DNA from: Ptychomitrium polyphyllum
Taxonomy: Eukaryota
Length of the DNA stretch: 64,000 bases
NCBI GenBank assembly: GCA_973851085.1
Contig: OZ316776.1
Coordinates: forward strand, 6,758,001 to 6,822,000
Reading direction: 5' to 3'
A program made the translations under genes and the position numbers. Below, in pieces: positions 51,495 to 64,000 of this stretch (positions are counted from its first letter, which is position 1; the number at the start of each line of letters is the position of its first letter). The notes beneath the pieces are model-generated. The model searched no databases. It was given only the letters and a program-made list of their open reading frames with translations, and was not told where the DNA came from.

Positions 51495-54400
51495 CTTCGC
51501 CAGAATGATACCCCAAGTCTGGCTATCTATTACCGTGCTTTCATGAAGATATTAAGTGCTACAGTTGAGTCACCTGTGGAACTTGGTTAAATCGTCGAGT
51601 TCTGACACTGGTGATGGACGTTGTCTTCCTTGCACGACATACATCTGCAAACATAGGTAACATAGCAACATGCTAGATCAGAATCTGATTTCATATGACA
51701 AAACGTTTCATAAAGACGTCCTTCTGATGTATCGTGTTTCTTTTCTCTCCTAATCATTTTCAGTTCACTTCAACACTATAAGCTGATCAGGAATTGGGGA
51801 AAAGTTTTGTGAAGGATAGGATGTGCGTGTTTTGAGTGCAATCCTGTAATTTGAAGTACTGTACTTCTGTGAACATGCGTTGAAAGGTGTATCACAGGAA
51901 GTACACCAGATTTAGCTTGGGGAGACTCTTCTAAAAGCTTCTGACAGGAAAGTTAACAAGGCTGCTACCGTTCCAACTTCCTGATGTAGAAGTGTACTAC
52001 TCGGAACCGTAATCCTTTGCATGTGCAGAGTGGTACTACTTAAGGCACGGAAAAACATAACTGTGAGAATAAGGGGAATTGTAACATCAGTTACTCTCCG
52101 AGAGCACACAAGTTTGCTACTGGAGACACCCCATACAAGGACCTAGTAGACGACGTCTATCAAGTTCGAGGAGATTCATGTCCTCTTCACCCAATTTGGA
52201 ATCTAGAGTACTGAAAAGATTAGTGCTGTAGATGAGAAACCATCGTCTACCTGTACAGCGTCATCGCGGTTTTGTCTTGGGCTTCTGCTCCTTGTAGGGT
52301 TACCTCAAGAACCCATCGCTTTTTATTCCGCTCAGTCCTGAGGAACCACAAGCCTAAATTTCATAAGCCAATGTTGCCACTGACCTGTGCAAGATATATC
52401 GGATCCTTGACGCTAGCGCCTGCGCACCATTTGAAGGAAAGGGATTAAGAGGCGTCTATCGACTACCCGGTCCTGCAATCAACAGTACGCCGCATCTAAT
52501 GAGCAAGCAGCTAGAGGAGGCGCTTAAGTTAAAGACAAGGGGCCCCACTTTCGGTCCAGACTACTCCTCCAGGACCTTGGCAGAGAAAGAAGAAAGAATG
52601 TAATTAGGAGGAAGTTGAGGAGGTGACTCAGTTGGCACAGAAGACGAGCGTTGAGTTACTACCGCTCGTGAGTGCGTGTTAACAGATTTTAATGCAAAAA
52701 GATTACATATTCTATTAGCTCATACGACGCTTCAGTCTAACTCAGAATGATCTATCACTTGACTCTTGGGGCATGAAGTTCCATCATGAAGACGAGTCGA
52801 CTCCTACTTCGAAAAGAATAGTGCCTCTAGGTGCACTACTCTCTAGGTGAGTCCTGCGCCATCTCCTACTGTGCTGCACTGAATAAAAAATCAATTAGTC
52901 ATCATCATCAAGGAAGGGAAAAAATCGCTCCCCTGAATGCAGGACACGAAGGTTGACCACCACCAGGACTCATTTGGAGGGCAGTCGGGCCAAAGGTTCG
53001 TACTGGACAGACTTGAATAATTTGTAATTCTGATTTCAATGTGTAATTTAATCATATTCTACCTTGTTTGATGTAGATAGTCTGTCGAAACGGCTCGAAA
53101 TGAGGTCCCGGATTCTTACTTGATCTGCTAGCTCGTGCAGCTTGGTTACCAGCCCTTTCGGCTGTAGAGGTACCTCGATTGTACAGTACAGACGATGGTG
53201 GTGACGACAACTTGAGACAACTGGGAAATTTTACCGAAAGTGGTACAGTAGGCCATACCGTTCCTTCGAATACCTTCTGGGTTTGCATGTAAGCCATGAC
53301 GTTCTTAAACTTGTGGAAAATTCCATTGTGGTGGCAAAGTTCATTAAGTAGGGGAATTTAGAATGTCAATCTGGTGGAATTACTATTTTGTGCTATGTTT
53401 CCGAAGGGTAAACTTAAATAATGATATACTGGGCCTCAGGTCACCTGTTTCTTCCATGATTTCTACATGCTGGAATGATTAGTCTAGATACCAGTGTTTC
53501 TGATGTAGCACTTGAGCACACCACCTGGGCACTGGACTGTGGGCTACAGGTTTATGAGAATTGCAATTTCTCGTCAACATAATGAACGTCATGTACATTC
53601 CACTTTACTAAAAGAAATTATAAACGATTTGATAATTTCAGGGAAAATGATTCTATTTCAAGCTGCGAACTTACTTAAAGTCTATGATTTCCAAGTTTGA
53701 CAATAGCAAAAGCGGGTTTGACTGTGACACAGACTGCAGTTACTAAGGACTACAATGGTACCTCTTTGATTACTGTCAAAGTCTGAAGTTGTCCTAGTTT
53801 GAATACTAAATTTCCAATTTACTCCTTCTGGGCAGGCTTTATCAGGTCTGTGAGTCTACAGGTAAGTTACATCAGGTTGACTCGAACATCCGGACTATGT
53901 ACTTATTTAACTGAAATTTTATGAGTACTGTAAACTTGAGTAGAAAGTTTGAACTAATAGAGGTATTCCTAAACTCAACCCATTTCTCATCCCAAGATAT
54001 GGATAGTGTCTGTGCATAGTGTCTTGTGGTTTGTTGAGTGTACTTTAGCTACAAATTTTGAGTAAACTGGTAATAGGTAGATGAAACCTTGTTGAATTGT
54101 CATGTTGGAATATGTGTCTAATCAGAAACTTAAGTGAAATGAAAAGGAACGTGAACTTATAAGTGATATATTGTAGTTACTTATTTATATAACTCCTTGT
54201 TTCAATGTATCTCTAACACAAGTACAATAGTAATGGTTTAAAGGAGGGATTGGAGAAGCATTGGGCACCCAAGACACACTAATGAGGTTGACTTAGGAGG
54301 AGCTTGGCTAACTTTGGAGAGGTCCAAAGCTTGAGGCCTTTAAACACACAAGTCATTGTACATGTATTAATGCCCATTTGATGTAAAGCTTCTTATCTTA

Positions 54401-55003
54401 ATCTTATTCTCTTTTAACCATCCAAGGTATTGATCCAAGATTTTATCCATCCTCATGTCATTTATGAATGATCATCCTCCTTGCCCAACATCATTCATGA
54501 TGAAAGAGTGGTGCTGCCACAAGCATCAGAGAAGTAGTTGGGATAAATCAATGTTGCAGAACCACAGTCAACTGGGTCAAGCCTCAGTCAACTCACAAAG
54601 ACTTCCTTGGTGGTTGTAGTTCCCAGTGCCCATCAGGAAAGCTGATGAATTTTGAATTTTCAGCTTGAAGTTATGTACTGACATGATACTTCTTACTTCT
54701 TGGGTGAACAGATAGACAGGCTGTAGATACTACTTTAATAACTTTCTTCAGTTTCTTTTTTGCACTGAACTTTAGTTTCATTTACACCCAAAAAATTTTA
54801 GTTATGGTTTCAATTTGTGTTTGAAATTTTACTTTATGTTGAACTGCATTTAAAAAAATTCCATAGCATTTCAGAAGCAATGCTAGGACAGGCAGGCTAG
54901 GTAATACTTTGTTTAAAAATCAACTTAGGAATCATGCCTAACAAATGGTTAATAATGTACATTTAGGTGGTAATCTGGGGTTAAAGACTTACCTCAAGTA
55001 AGA

Positions 55004-55092
55004 ATTTTGTGAATAATCCAGCTTCAAACATTTTGTGAATAGTCCAGCTTCAAACATTTTGTGAATAGTCCAGCTTCAAACATTTTGTGAAT
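55004..55092. repeat. 26-bp minisatellite, about 3.4 copies
   Basis: Unit ttttgtgaatartccagcttcaaaca repeated in tandem. Confidence 0.92.
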
Positions 55093-58000
55093 GGTTGACC
55101 TTGAATGAGGTTTTCAAAGTGCAGTTGACAGGTTCAAGCTTCCATCATTGCATCTAAGACATTATCTTTTTCTCAAGGCAAATTTCCAACCTTTTAAATT
55201 GTCCATGTAAATACAGTGTAGATTCTAAGAGAAACAGAAAGACCCCCTTGGGTGGTGAACTACCAGTCCAGTTTCTAGATAATGTACTAAGCTACTAAGT
55301 TGGAAAATAAACCATGTTATCTATATTGTTCCTTTTGTAATAAAGAGGAAAATTCATACTACCCAAGAATTTATCATCTGTAAAAGAGAGCCAGCTGATC
55401 TGCAGATTTCTTCACTAGATTTCTAAAGACATAATAAATGCTGAATCAAGTACTCTCTGGGATAAACTTTACCTTCAAAAAAGAATCTCACATGGCTGTT
55501 ACATGTTCCTAGCATAATGATAATAGTAAACTACACTACACATTTTATTGTGCAGATGCTAACAAAGTCTTCATTTCCAAATATATTTTACAAATCATTG
55601 GACATGTTTATACCATTCATATTCAAGTATAAATTGATATAGGTTTTTCCAGAAATTGAGATTCCTCTACAGCAGGTTTCCATTTCCTAATAAGAAGCTG
55701 ACTGGTGACTACTGTAACAGTGTGAAGTTAAATAAAGTTTAGAAATGTCACCTATGTATAACTAACCACAACATATCAATGGAATGGAAGTCAACGGGGT
55801 ACATAAAAATAACAGGACAGAACAGTGATAGTACAGTGAGTTGACATTGAGTCATTCATGTAGTCATGGTCACAAGTCAACAGTTTTGTAGAAAATTTTG
55901 AATGATTCAAGTTGGCAAGATTTGGACATGTAATATTGATCATGCTAAATGTATGCCCAGAGTCTACCAAAAGTATGCAAAGACTGGACCCCTAATGTAG
56001 ATGTAATATTGGAGTGTATTTCCAGAGGTGGAAGTTTTGAAGATAAGAGATGCTCAATGCAAGCTGTTGAAGTGCATTTGATCACAAAGTTGATAAACAT
56101 AAATCATGGTATTGTGATTAGAGTTGATACAAGAGTTGTGTAATGATGGTAATACACAATAACAATAGTCAAACAGTAATGTAGTCTTGGTGGGGATAGT
56201 CAGATTCAGAGAGGATGACTTAGCCCTTGGTCTTATAAGAACAATATAGCTGAGGGAAGAGTTGCTCTTTTGGTTGACAATCACCCAAGAAAGTAGGTTT
56301 CATTTGTAGAAAGCATGTGGGTTCAACTTCTTAGCTGCTGATTTAGAGAAGACTTGATGGTGCAGTGGTTCATCTAGAATAAAGCATTATCTAATGACAC
56401 GAGGCAATGCCTCCCTTTCTCATGCCACAATTCCAAACACATCATGTTTGTACAGGCTGAATGCATTGTAAAGTTTACGTTTATTACGCCACCTTTGTTG
56501 GCTTTTGACCCTTGACATTAATTTTTTGAGTCAGCATTGGTCTAGATCTTTTGACCTGTGTTTCCAAAGTGCTGAAATCCTATCATCTGTTGAAAGCCCT
56601 TCTCCAGCCAGGGGAAAGAAGGGTCCCAGTTCATATAAGAAACTAATTTTGATGATAGTGGTAGAATGACATATGATTATAATGTACCTCATTATGCCTA
56701 ACTGCCTTGGCTAAATAGCATGCCAAAGAGAGAGGGAACCAAGCCTCAATTTGCAGTTCACATCTACCATAAGATAAAACAAAAATTGCTGAAACTAATT
56801 ATTACCATAGTAAGGGCTAAGAATAAAGTGTCTAGGGCTAAGAGTTAAGAGCATTAGTGTTTCTGGTAAACCCAAATTTCTGAATGCATTCATGGCCTTT
56901 TCCTGATATCATGAAACAAGTCAGTGTTCAGAAAGGTCTACTGTTCTCCGAACCTAAAGCTGCCACTTACAGCACTTTCTTATAAATTCTGAAGGCCTTA
57001 CCATCATCTTCAGTCAAAAAAATTATGCATGAAAATAGGAACTAGACCAGAAGTCAATACTCATGAACCAGTCTACAGTGCACTTAAATACAACTTTTGT
57101 TAAGTTTCAAAGGGTTTAACCTAGGTCCAGAGTATGATCACATGGGCTTTATTTCCCAACTGCCACTCAAGTTATCATGCTTGAAGGAAAGTAGCACCTC
57201 CATAAAGTCTCAGTCAATTTTACACAATAACACTGGCATTGAGCTTCTAAATGCATGTACAAGTCCCAATGTTGCAACTCAAGAAATGCAAAAATTTAAT
57301 ACACTTTAATAAATTTGACAATATCGACTATTTCATCCAATTAGAGTAACTGAATATCTAAAAGACAATGGATGATTTCTTCGCAAGGTTGGATGCATAT
57401 AACCAGTGTACTGGAGCAGCTCAATTCAACATGTGTGGTTACTGAATACTGGTACAAGCTGGGTCTAATTAAGAAAGAAAAGCTGCACACAGAAGGACAA
57501 TGCAAGAAGTAGGCATTCAGCTCAGTGTTGGGGCCTCTTATTGAGATTTGTATTTATGATCATTAAGACGTACATGTACACAGAGGAATGAAGTAAATAT
57601 TTCTCCTCTATCTGCTGTTTTTGACTCAGCACAGGATACAAGCCAGAATGATGACTGGTAAAGTTGTAAACTATCTGGCACAATTTAATTTAATTTAATC
57701 AGTCATATCACATATTATCTCACCTCAACCGTACAGGGAAGATAATGCTTGATAATGCTTGACAATATCCAATCAAAACAAGATCGCATCAAATAAAAGA
57801 ACCTTAATTCATCAACTTTGAGCCACAAAAGAATTGAATTCAGATGAGCTTATAGTAAGTTTCCCTTCTACTCCAAAATTGAGAAACGAGCTCCCTAGAA
57901 CCTACCTCCATAGGTTGTACAATAGCGGCGTCTATAAAGTGTTCTAAGTTTGCTAAGGTCAACCCGCATCCTAGCACCAAAACTTAAATATTTTTACAAA

Positions 58001-58169
58001 AGTAGACTCAATCGCATCAAACGTGCTCACCACTAGAAGGGGCTGAAGAGGCAAACTACTACCTCATAGCTCAACGGTGTGCGGGGGTTCTAAACTACTG
58101 CATCGACATCGTTATCTACATGAACCATCTTGGCCTAGCCTGCCGCATACGAACCAAAAGAATGTCAAA

Positions 58170-61100
58170 CTAGAACCAAGGATGCCACGTGGGATCCATC
58201 ATACAAAGGCTTTTGGGCCTCAAAGCAGCTTCAACAAGATCAGACACGCCCCGTTGCACTGATTGGGGAGGTTCTGTTGCTTTCTCCTCCTGAAAACAAA
58301 CGCAGAAATCTTTTAGTAACATAAGAATTGAAAGCGCTAAATTACAGATGCATTAAAGAGGTGATGGAAAAGTACAATAGGCAGTAAGGCTCTCACAAAC
58401 CTCTTCAGGAAAGCATTGAGGTGCGATTCTCTGGACACGGTTGATAACTTGCTCCACATTCTCAGCTACTTTGGTTTTCAATTCTGCTGAGCTCATTCCT
58501 CCAGCAGCACTATTTGCGGGTGATGCTCCTGGTGGTCTCCTCCATGACCAAGAAATGAGCTCATCTCTGAAAAACATTGCTAGCTGGTGTTGAACATGCT
58601 GATTCTGCAGTAAAGACGACCAAGTTAATGGTACAGCCCATGCTATCTATTAATGAAGTGTAAGCTTTGCAAAGACGTTACAAACAAGGTGTAGCAAAAA
58701 CACAATTACTAAATGCTTAGATACGCAAATAAAAGCAATAAAAGTTACAGAGAATATTTGCATGGTTCCCATTTTAATCAAAAACATATAATTATGGTTG
58801 ATTATAAATTCAAGAAATCAAACTTAAACCAACTCGATAATAAACAACTGCAATAATTAAGCAATCAGGTGATGGAATGAAACCTTGGGAGCAACAACAG
58901 CCTGTGCTGCGGCACACATTGAAGATATAAAGAGCCCTTCAACACCAAAGGGAGTGAAAAATGTCTGCAGGTTACGGGTCAGCCTGAAAGGAACAGGCTC
59001 AGCAAACTCCACCATGCCATGCATATCGTAAGCTGCCATCGTGGAAAGCAATATGAGCATTAGGAATCTATCACTTCACACAATATTGAAAAATCCCCAC
59101 AGCAATGACAGTGATCAATTCCTGAAAACCCAGAAAATCACATGAAGATCCAAAAGGTATTGTTCAAGAAGTAAAATAAAGGGTGTGCATTGATGCCACT
59201 GACTAGCTGCTGAACCGCCCCGAAGTGAGAATAGATACCATGTACAGCTAGCGTCATGGCACATACTTATAAGCTAGGCTTAATAAATAACTCAGGACTG
59301 CACGATGATATCAGTGGCAGATCAACAAGACCTAATTAAAAGGATATTCAGACGTTAGGCGTTAAGCTGTAATAAGTCTAACAATACAAGTTAAAATGAT
59401 TTTATACTTCCAATGTACACAACTTACACACCACTAATCTGACCTAAGAAGCAAAATTTAAGCCACTAGAAAAATGCGTGGGATGAGGATTTACCAGGGT
59501 GGAAATCATTCTGAAAGACCTTGCCCGTGTTCTTTGCAAAAAGAATTTTGTTCGGTGACCGCCCCCCAATCTGAAGCATATACGACATGAACCCTGACAG
59601 TGCTAGTTGGACAGCGAACTGCTTCTTAAAAGTCCAAAGATGGTTGCAGGTTGGTAAGGTTTTGTACATAAATTGAGAAAAGACATTCTCGCTAACAAAC
59701 TTATTAGTAATTTCGTTATAAGTGTGCAGCCTGAGATCGACCACAGCCTCAGAGCTCAGCTGCCCAGTGATAGCCTGGTTTAATCGTTCTTTGAAGTGAG
59801 TAATTGGAAGGTCCGCTTCTCGACCATAACGTGCACAATTTATCTCATAAACTTCTCCGAAGGTACTGTACATCAAATCGTCCTCCACCAATCGCACCTG
59901 TACAATTACCAAATGTCAAGATTCAGGCTATTTGCCACTCATCCTCATCGCATATCATGTATATTCTCGGTAGTGACAAGGTACCAATAAATTCCAAGAT
60001 GTTCAATAAATTCTAACAATGAATGCCAAAGGGCAACTACTAGTGTAAGAAATCTGCGCACACTCAAAGCAGCATAAAGGTTTATTTACGATTCTGATCA
60101 GCGATGAAAAGCACGGAAGCTTCAAAGAAATGGATCACAATGACAAAAATAGGATTAACATTACATTGACAAACTCCAGGACACACAAATGCTCTGATTG
60201 TCTAAATCACCAGACATCACATAGAAGTTAGAAAGCTGCCAAACCTGGGGCCAAACTGGAATGATGATAGGCGTGTTGAAGGCAAGATGGCGCCTCCGAG
60301 ACTCTTTATGCTTGTCGAGCAACCGGTTAAGCACTCTAAAGAGCTGCACCATCCGCTCATCACTCCGCGCACTTGGGGTCAACGAAGTTTGAACCAGAAA
60401 GTGTTTTTGGGAGCCATCGTTGCCCACCAAAGTGAGCCTCCGATGGCTGCTGCCGTGGCGCCGAACAATTGGGACGTCCGCTCCAATCCGGTCCAGCTTC
60501 ACTGTATGGTCAGGGGCTACCTCCTGAGGGACAAATTAAGGAAACACAAATATGAATGTCAGTTAGTTGGGTTTAGCCTGCAATCTTCGGTCAAATTTTT
60601 CATACTATTTTTAAGAGTCCAGTGCCCAGCAGCTCTTGGGTGCATCCTGAGTAGATTGTCTCGAACATGGACAATGAACAAGAACCTACTCAGGCTACAA
60701 TTTATGACTTGAAAAAGAGGAGCAAAAATTACCTGATCATTGAAATATTGACCGGGAACTTCAATATCTAGGACATGAAACTCTCGTAGACTGCGGCTTT
60801 CCTCTTCCAACTTCAATACTGCTGGCAATCTATCCTCCACGTTACTCTGGTAAAGAAGCACAAAGATGCGTCAGGACATAAAGATTTTCCCATTACAGGT
60901 TTGTGCATTATCGTCTAAATCCAACTATTACAAAACATAGACATGTGCGTTTCGAACTGTCATGAATAAAGCACTGCAATACAAAACATAATCAAAACCT
61001 TACTTGCAAAACTCCTTTCCAAGTCTTCAGCTTTTCAGTCAACTCGGCTAGAGTTGCAGGAAATGTGCCTGCACTATCAGGGTCGAGGTCCCTTTCAAAT

Positions 61101-64000
61101 TCCCGCTTGTACTCATTGACGAAATCAACGTGCTTGGTGATAGTGTCTACTGAAAAGCATGCCCGACAAACCCCAGCTAATTCCTTCTTCAAAGACTGAG
61201 GAACTTCTGCTGTGGTCGCTGTAGGATACTTGTAACATCGGTGCAGTAGAGCATGAACTACTGCTAAAAGTCGTTCCTCCGGAAGTGGTACAAATCGTGC
61301 ACCTATCTCTGTCAGCATCACCTGCAAGATAACATCTAGTTAATATTTAAAAACATAGTGAAGAAACAACTGGTCAGCAGCATAAGTACTTTATGATGAA
61401 GCAGGAACATGTTGTACAAATAGACCTGCCACACTTAAGAAAACAATTAGTTAACTTTTCAATCAAGATCTGACTTATAATAATAAAAGGCTACCTCAAG
61501 CTCATTTGCTAAATTCGTATGCTTTGTCCTTAGGACCTCCATGATATCCTTAGCAGCTTCAAATGCTCCGATTGCAAGTGATGGTGCGGTAGGACTACTT
61601 GGCCATGTGGCACTACTCAACCTGCGCAATGTCTGCGGATCCCCTGGCAATGATCCTCCAGAAACATTGGAGCCAGAAAGCATGCTATCGCCACCAGAGC
61701 CACCCCTCTCTGTTTCTTGTCCAGTGATGGTAGATGTTTCAGTGCCACTTTGCAATGCTGCAGACCCCACTTGATTACCCTGATTTGTAAATAACAACTG
61801 CAAACTGTCAGCTAGACTAAGAAGTGACTTCAAATTACTAAACCTAAAGCTACGTTTTAGAATTAAGCAACACACTTGCAGAGTAGCTAAACATTCACAA
61901 ACTACGAGATCCTAAGTATGGAACATTCACGGGCAGCAGAAACCAAATCCTGTTCCAAGCAATCCCAAAAAATACGTAGATCTGTGACAGGGTTACTACC
62001 TGATTGCTCGAGTTTGACAATGGCATTTGATTAACAGGAGAGGCATCACTGCTATTATTTGCTGATGATGCAGCTACGCCGGATGAATTTGCAAAATTCG
62101 ATACAGCTAATGAAGCCATCTGTGCCTGGGTTCGGTTTGGAGCAGCCCTCAACATCTCTGATTTGCCAGCAATATCACGACGCTCCAATAAATATGTGCG
62201 GAGCCAATAATACAAAGCCTGTCACAATCAAGATACCTTAGCTTACACATACAATTCGTCAAAAGCACCATGACAGTAAAAACTGTATAAACTGACTTAC
62301 TGGTACTATCTGACCCTAAAATGGTGAAAATTATATCTATTTGAAATGATCTTCTGCGAACAATATTTGCTGAACATTTGAAGAGTGATCAAGCTCAACA
62401 AGGAAGGACTAGATCAGCCTGACTATTTCTGCACTTTTAGAACGAAATTTTAGAGAAGGACAAGTACATGCTTGAGGTTATACCTGTGGAAAGACAGCCG
62501 CAAGCTTGAGTATAACATTTTTGCAGCTTGCTGCTTCAGGCCTCTGTAGAGATAGCAGCAATTGCGGAATCCAAGCAAGCCAAACCCATTGCGGGATAGA
62601 GTCACAATATTTATCAAAAGCTTTGCTCACTGCACCAGTCTGATTATCAAAACTCAGCAAAAACAGCACTCTAGCTAAGTGGTTACGCCCGTGCTTGCTG
62701 CCGTACTTAATTCCTTGTAAAAAGCAGCTCACAGCATACTCCAGCCACACGTCTTCATTGGTATCCTTGTACACCTACACAACCACAAAAGCTTCTCAAC
62801 TCAACAAGAAATGTAAAAAAGGCAAAAAGGACTACAACATTATAAGGAAATAACAATAAATATCTGAGGAATAAAAAACGTCAATATTCAAGTAATCAAA
62901 GGTAATACTAGTTGATTTGCAAATGAACCTGGTCGCAGTGATTGCCCCAGCTTATCCACCCCTTCGGAAGATGCTTGTAAAGAGAGATGGCAGTGGAATA
63001 TGCTTGGTTTGCAAGCTCCATATCATTCATCTTTTGCAAAAAGTCTCCCTTCAGTCGAAAAATCTCTGCTTTATGCTGCAGAGGGAAGTACTCCAAGTTG
63101 GTGGTGTTAATGAGACTTAATCCACTCGCTAATTCCCCTTTCATCTCCAGATAGGCCTTCGCCTGCTCCCGTATTTTAACAAAAGCTTCCTGTAAACACA
63201 CAAAACTGATACAGTTAGAAAATGTTTAAGAAAGTTTCCCAAAAAGCAGGTCTAGATTATGTCAGGCCTGAACTGGCAAAAGAAAAACTCTCACCTGCAC
63301 CTCCATTGTAAGAAATCCATACATCTTGTTCAGCACACTAACGCAAACCTCATAGAGCCCTTGCCTACGGGCCACATAAGCAAGCTTGTTTACACTCCAT
63401 GCCTTGTCACGGAAACCCAGTTGATGCAATTGAGGATTTGTCTCTGAAAAGCCCTTGAAAGCATTAATCACTGTGTTATACATATGATTGCGCCATTGTA
63501 GGAGGTCCATCCAAATCGTCAGTTCATCCCATTCATTAGGTGTCCGTAAACGCCAGGTTTCTAAGATGTCCTTCAGGTCTACATAAGCACCAGCAGGACC
63601 CTGCAGGAAGCAATTGGCATCCTAATACGTTAGTATATTGTATTTCACGTGCAACTCTATCAACCACATTTAAGATAATATTCCCACAACCGCATTTGTG
63701 GGTACACTTCTTTCTGATGTGCATTCATAGTAATATAAGCAGCAGAAGCAAAGCGTTTTCGGGAAATGACTATGATAACCATCAACACTCAAATTGCCAA
63801 AGCCACATATCACAGGCCTAGTAGGGCTAACCTGAATTCCTGTCATCTGCCCGGATCCTTGAGGCTGGGGTTTGTTACCATTTCCGATCTCTAAAAGCAC
63901 CCGTGCTGATTCCTGCAGTTCCACCAACTGCTGGAACTGCTGCAAAAGAGGAATGTGAGATTGTACAGCCATCTCAGGTAATTGCCACCATTGGTGAAGT
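58170..64000 (-). CDS. TRRAP: Transformation/transcription domain-associated protein (PIKK pseudokinase), 3' part: FAT, PI3K-like and FATC domains
   Basis: Exons >64000-63832, 63600-63295, 63189-62929, 62774-62484, 62218-62000, 61779-61495, 61321-61004, 60846-60733, 60523-60245, 59897-59495, 59032-58884, 58604-58401, 58289-58170. Motifs WRLRTPNEWD, WIPQLLLSL, RHGSSHRRLTL, EPVPFRLTRN, C-terminus LCMMDPTWHPWF*. Confidence 0.96.

Noticed and set aside
55004..55092. Possible CRISPR-like repeat
   Set aside because: Units are contiguous with no unique spacers, no cas genes, eukaryotic context.

Overview
Eukaryotic land-plant genomic DNA with GT-AG introns; gene style and composition suggest a moss (inference). 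It contains a group-6-type remorin (minus, running off the left edge), a small multi-exon coiled-coil/C-terminal-TM gene with an apparent frameshift, and two decayed copies of an unidentified coding sequence. It also has an intronless chloroplast NADP-malate dehydrogenase, two paralogous DGAT3-like/thioredoxin-like [2Fe-2S] genes, an alpha-1,4-fucosyltransferase (GT10) pseudogene, a group IId WRKY gene and the 3' part of TRRAP/Tra1 (running off the right edge). Genes are separated by AT-rich, CpG-depleted blocks that look like decayed transposons. Two observations stand out. (1) The shorter DGAT3 paralogue has replaced its N-terminus with a CDPK-like MGNQCVG acylation leader. (2) Arrays of GATAC spaced mostly 11 bp apart recur at three separate loci, each at or near an inferred gene 5' end. 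All exon boundaries were read by eye and no database searches were run.
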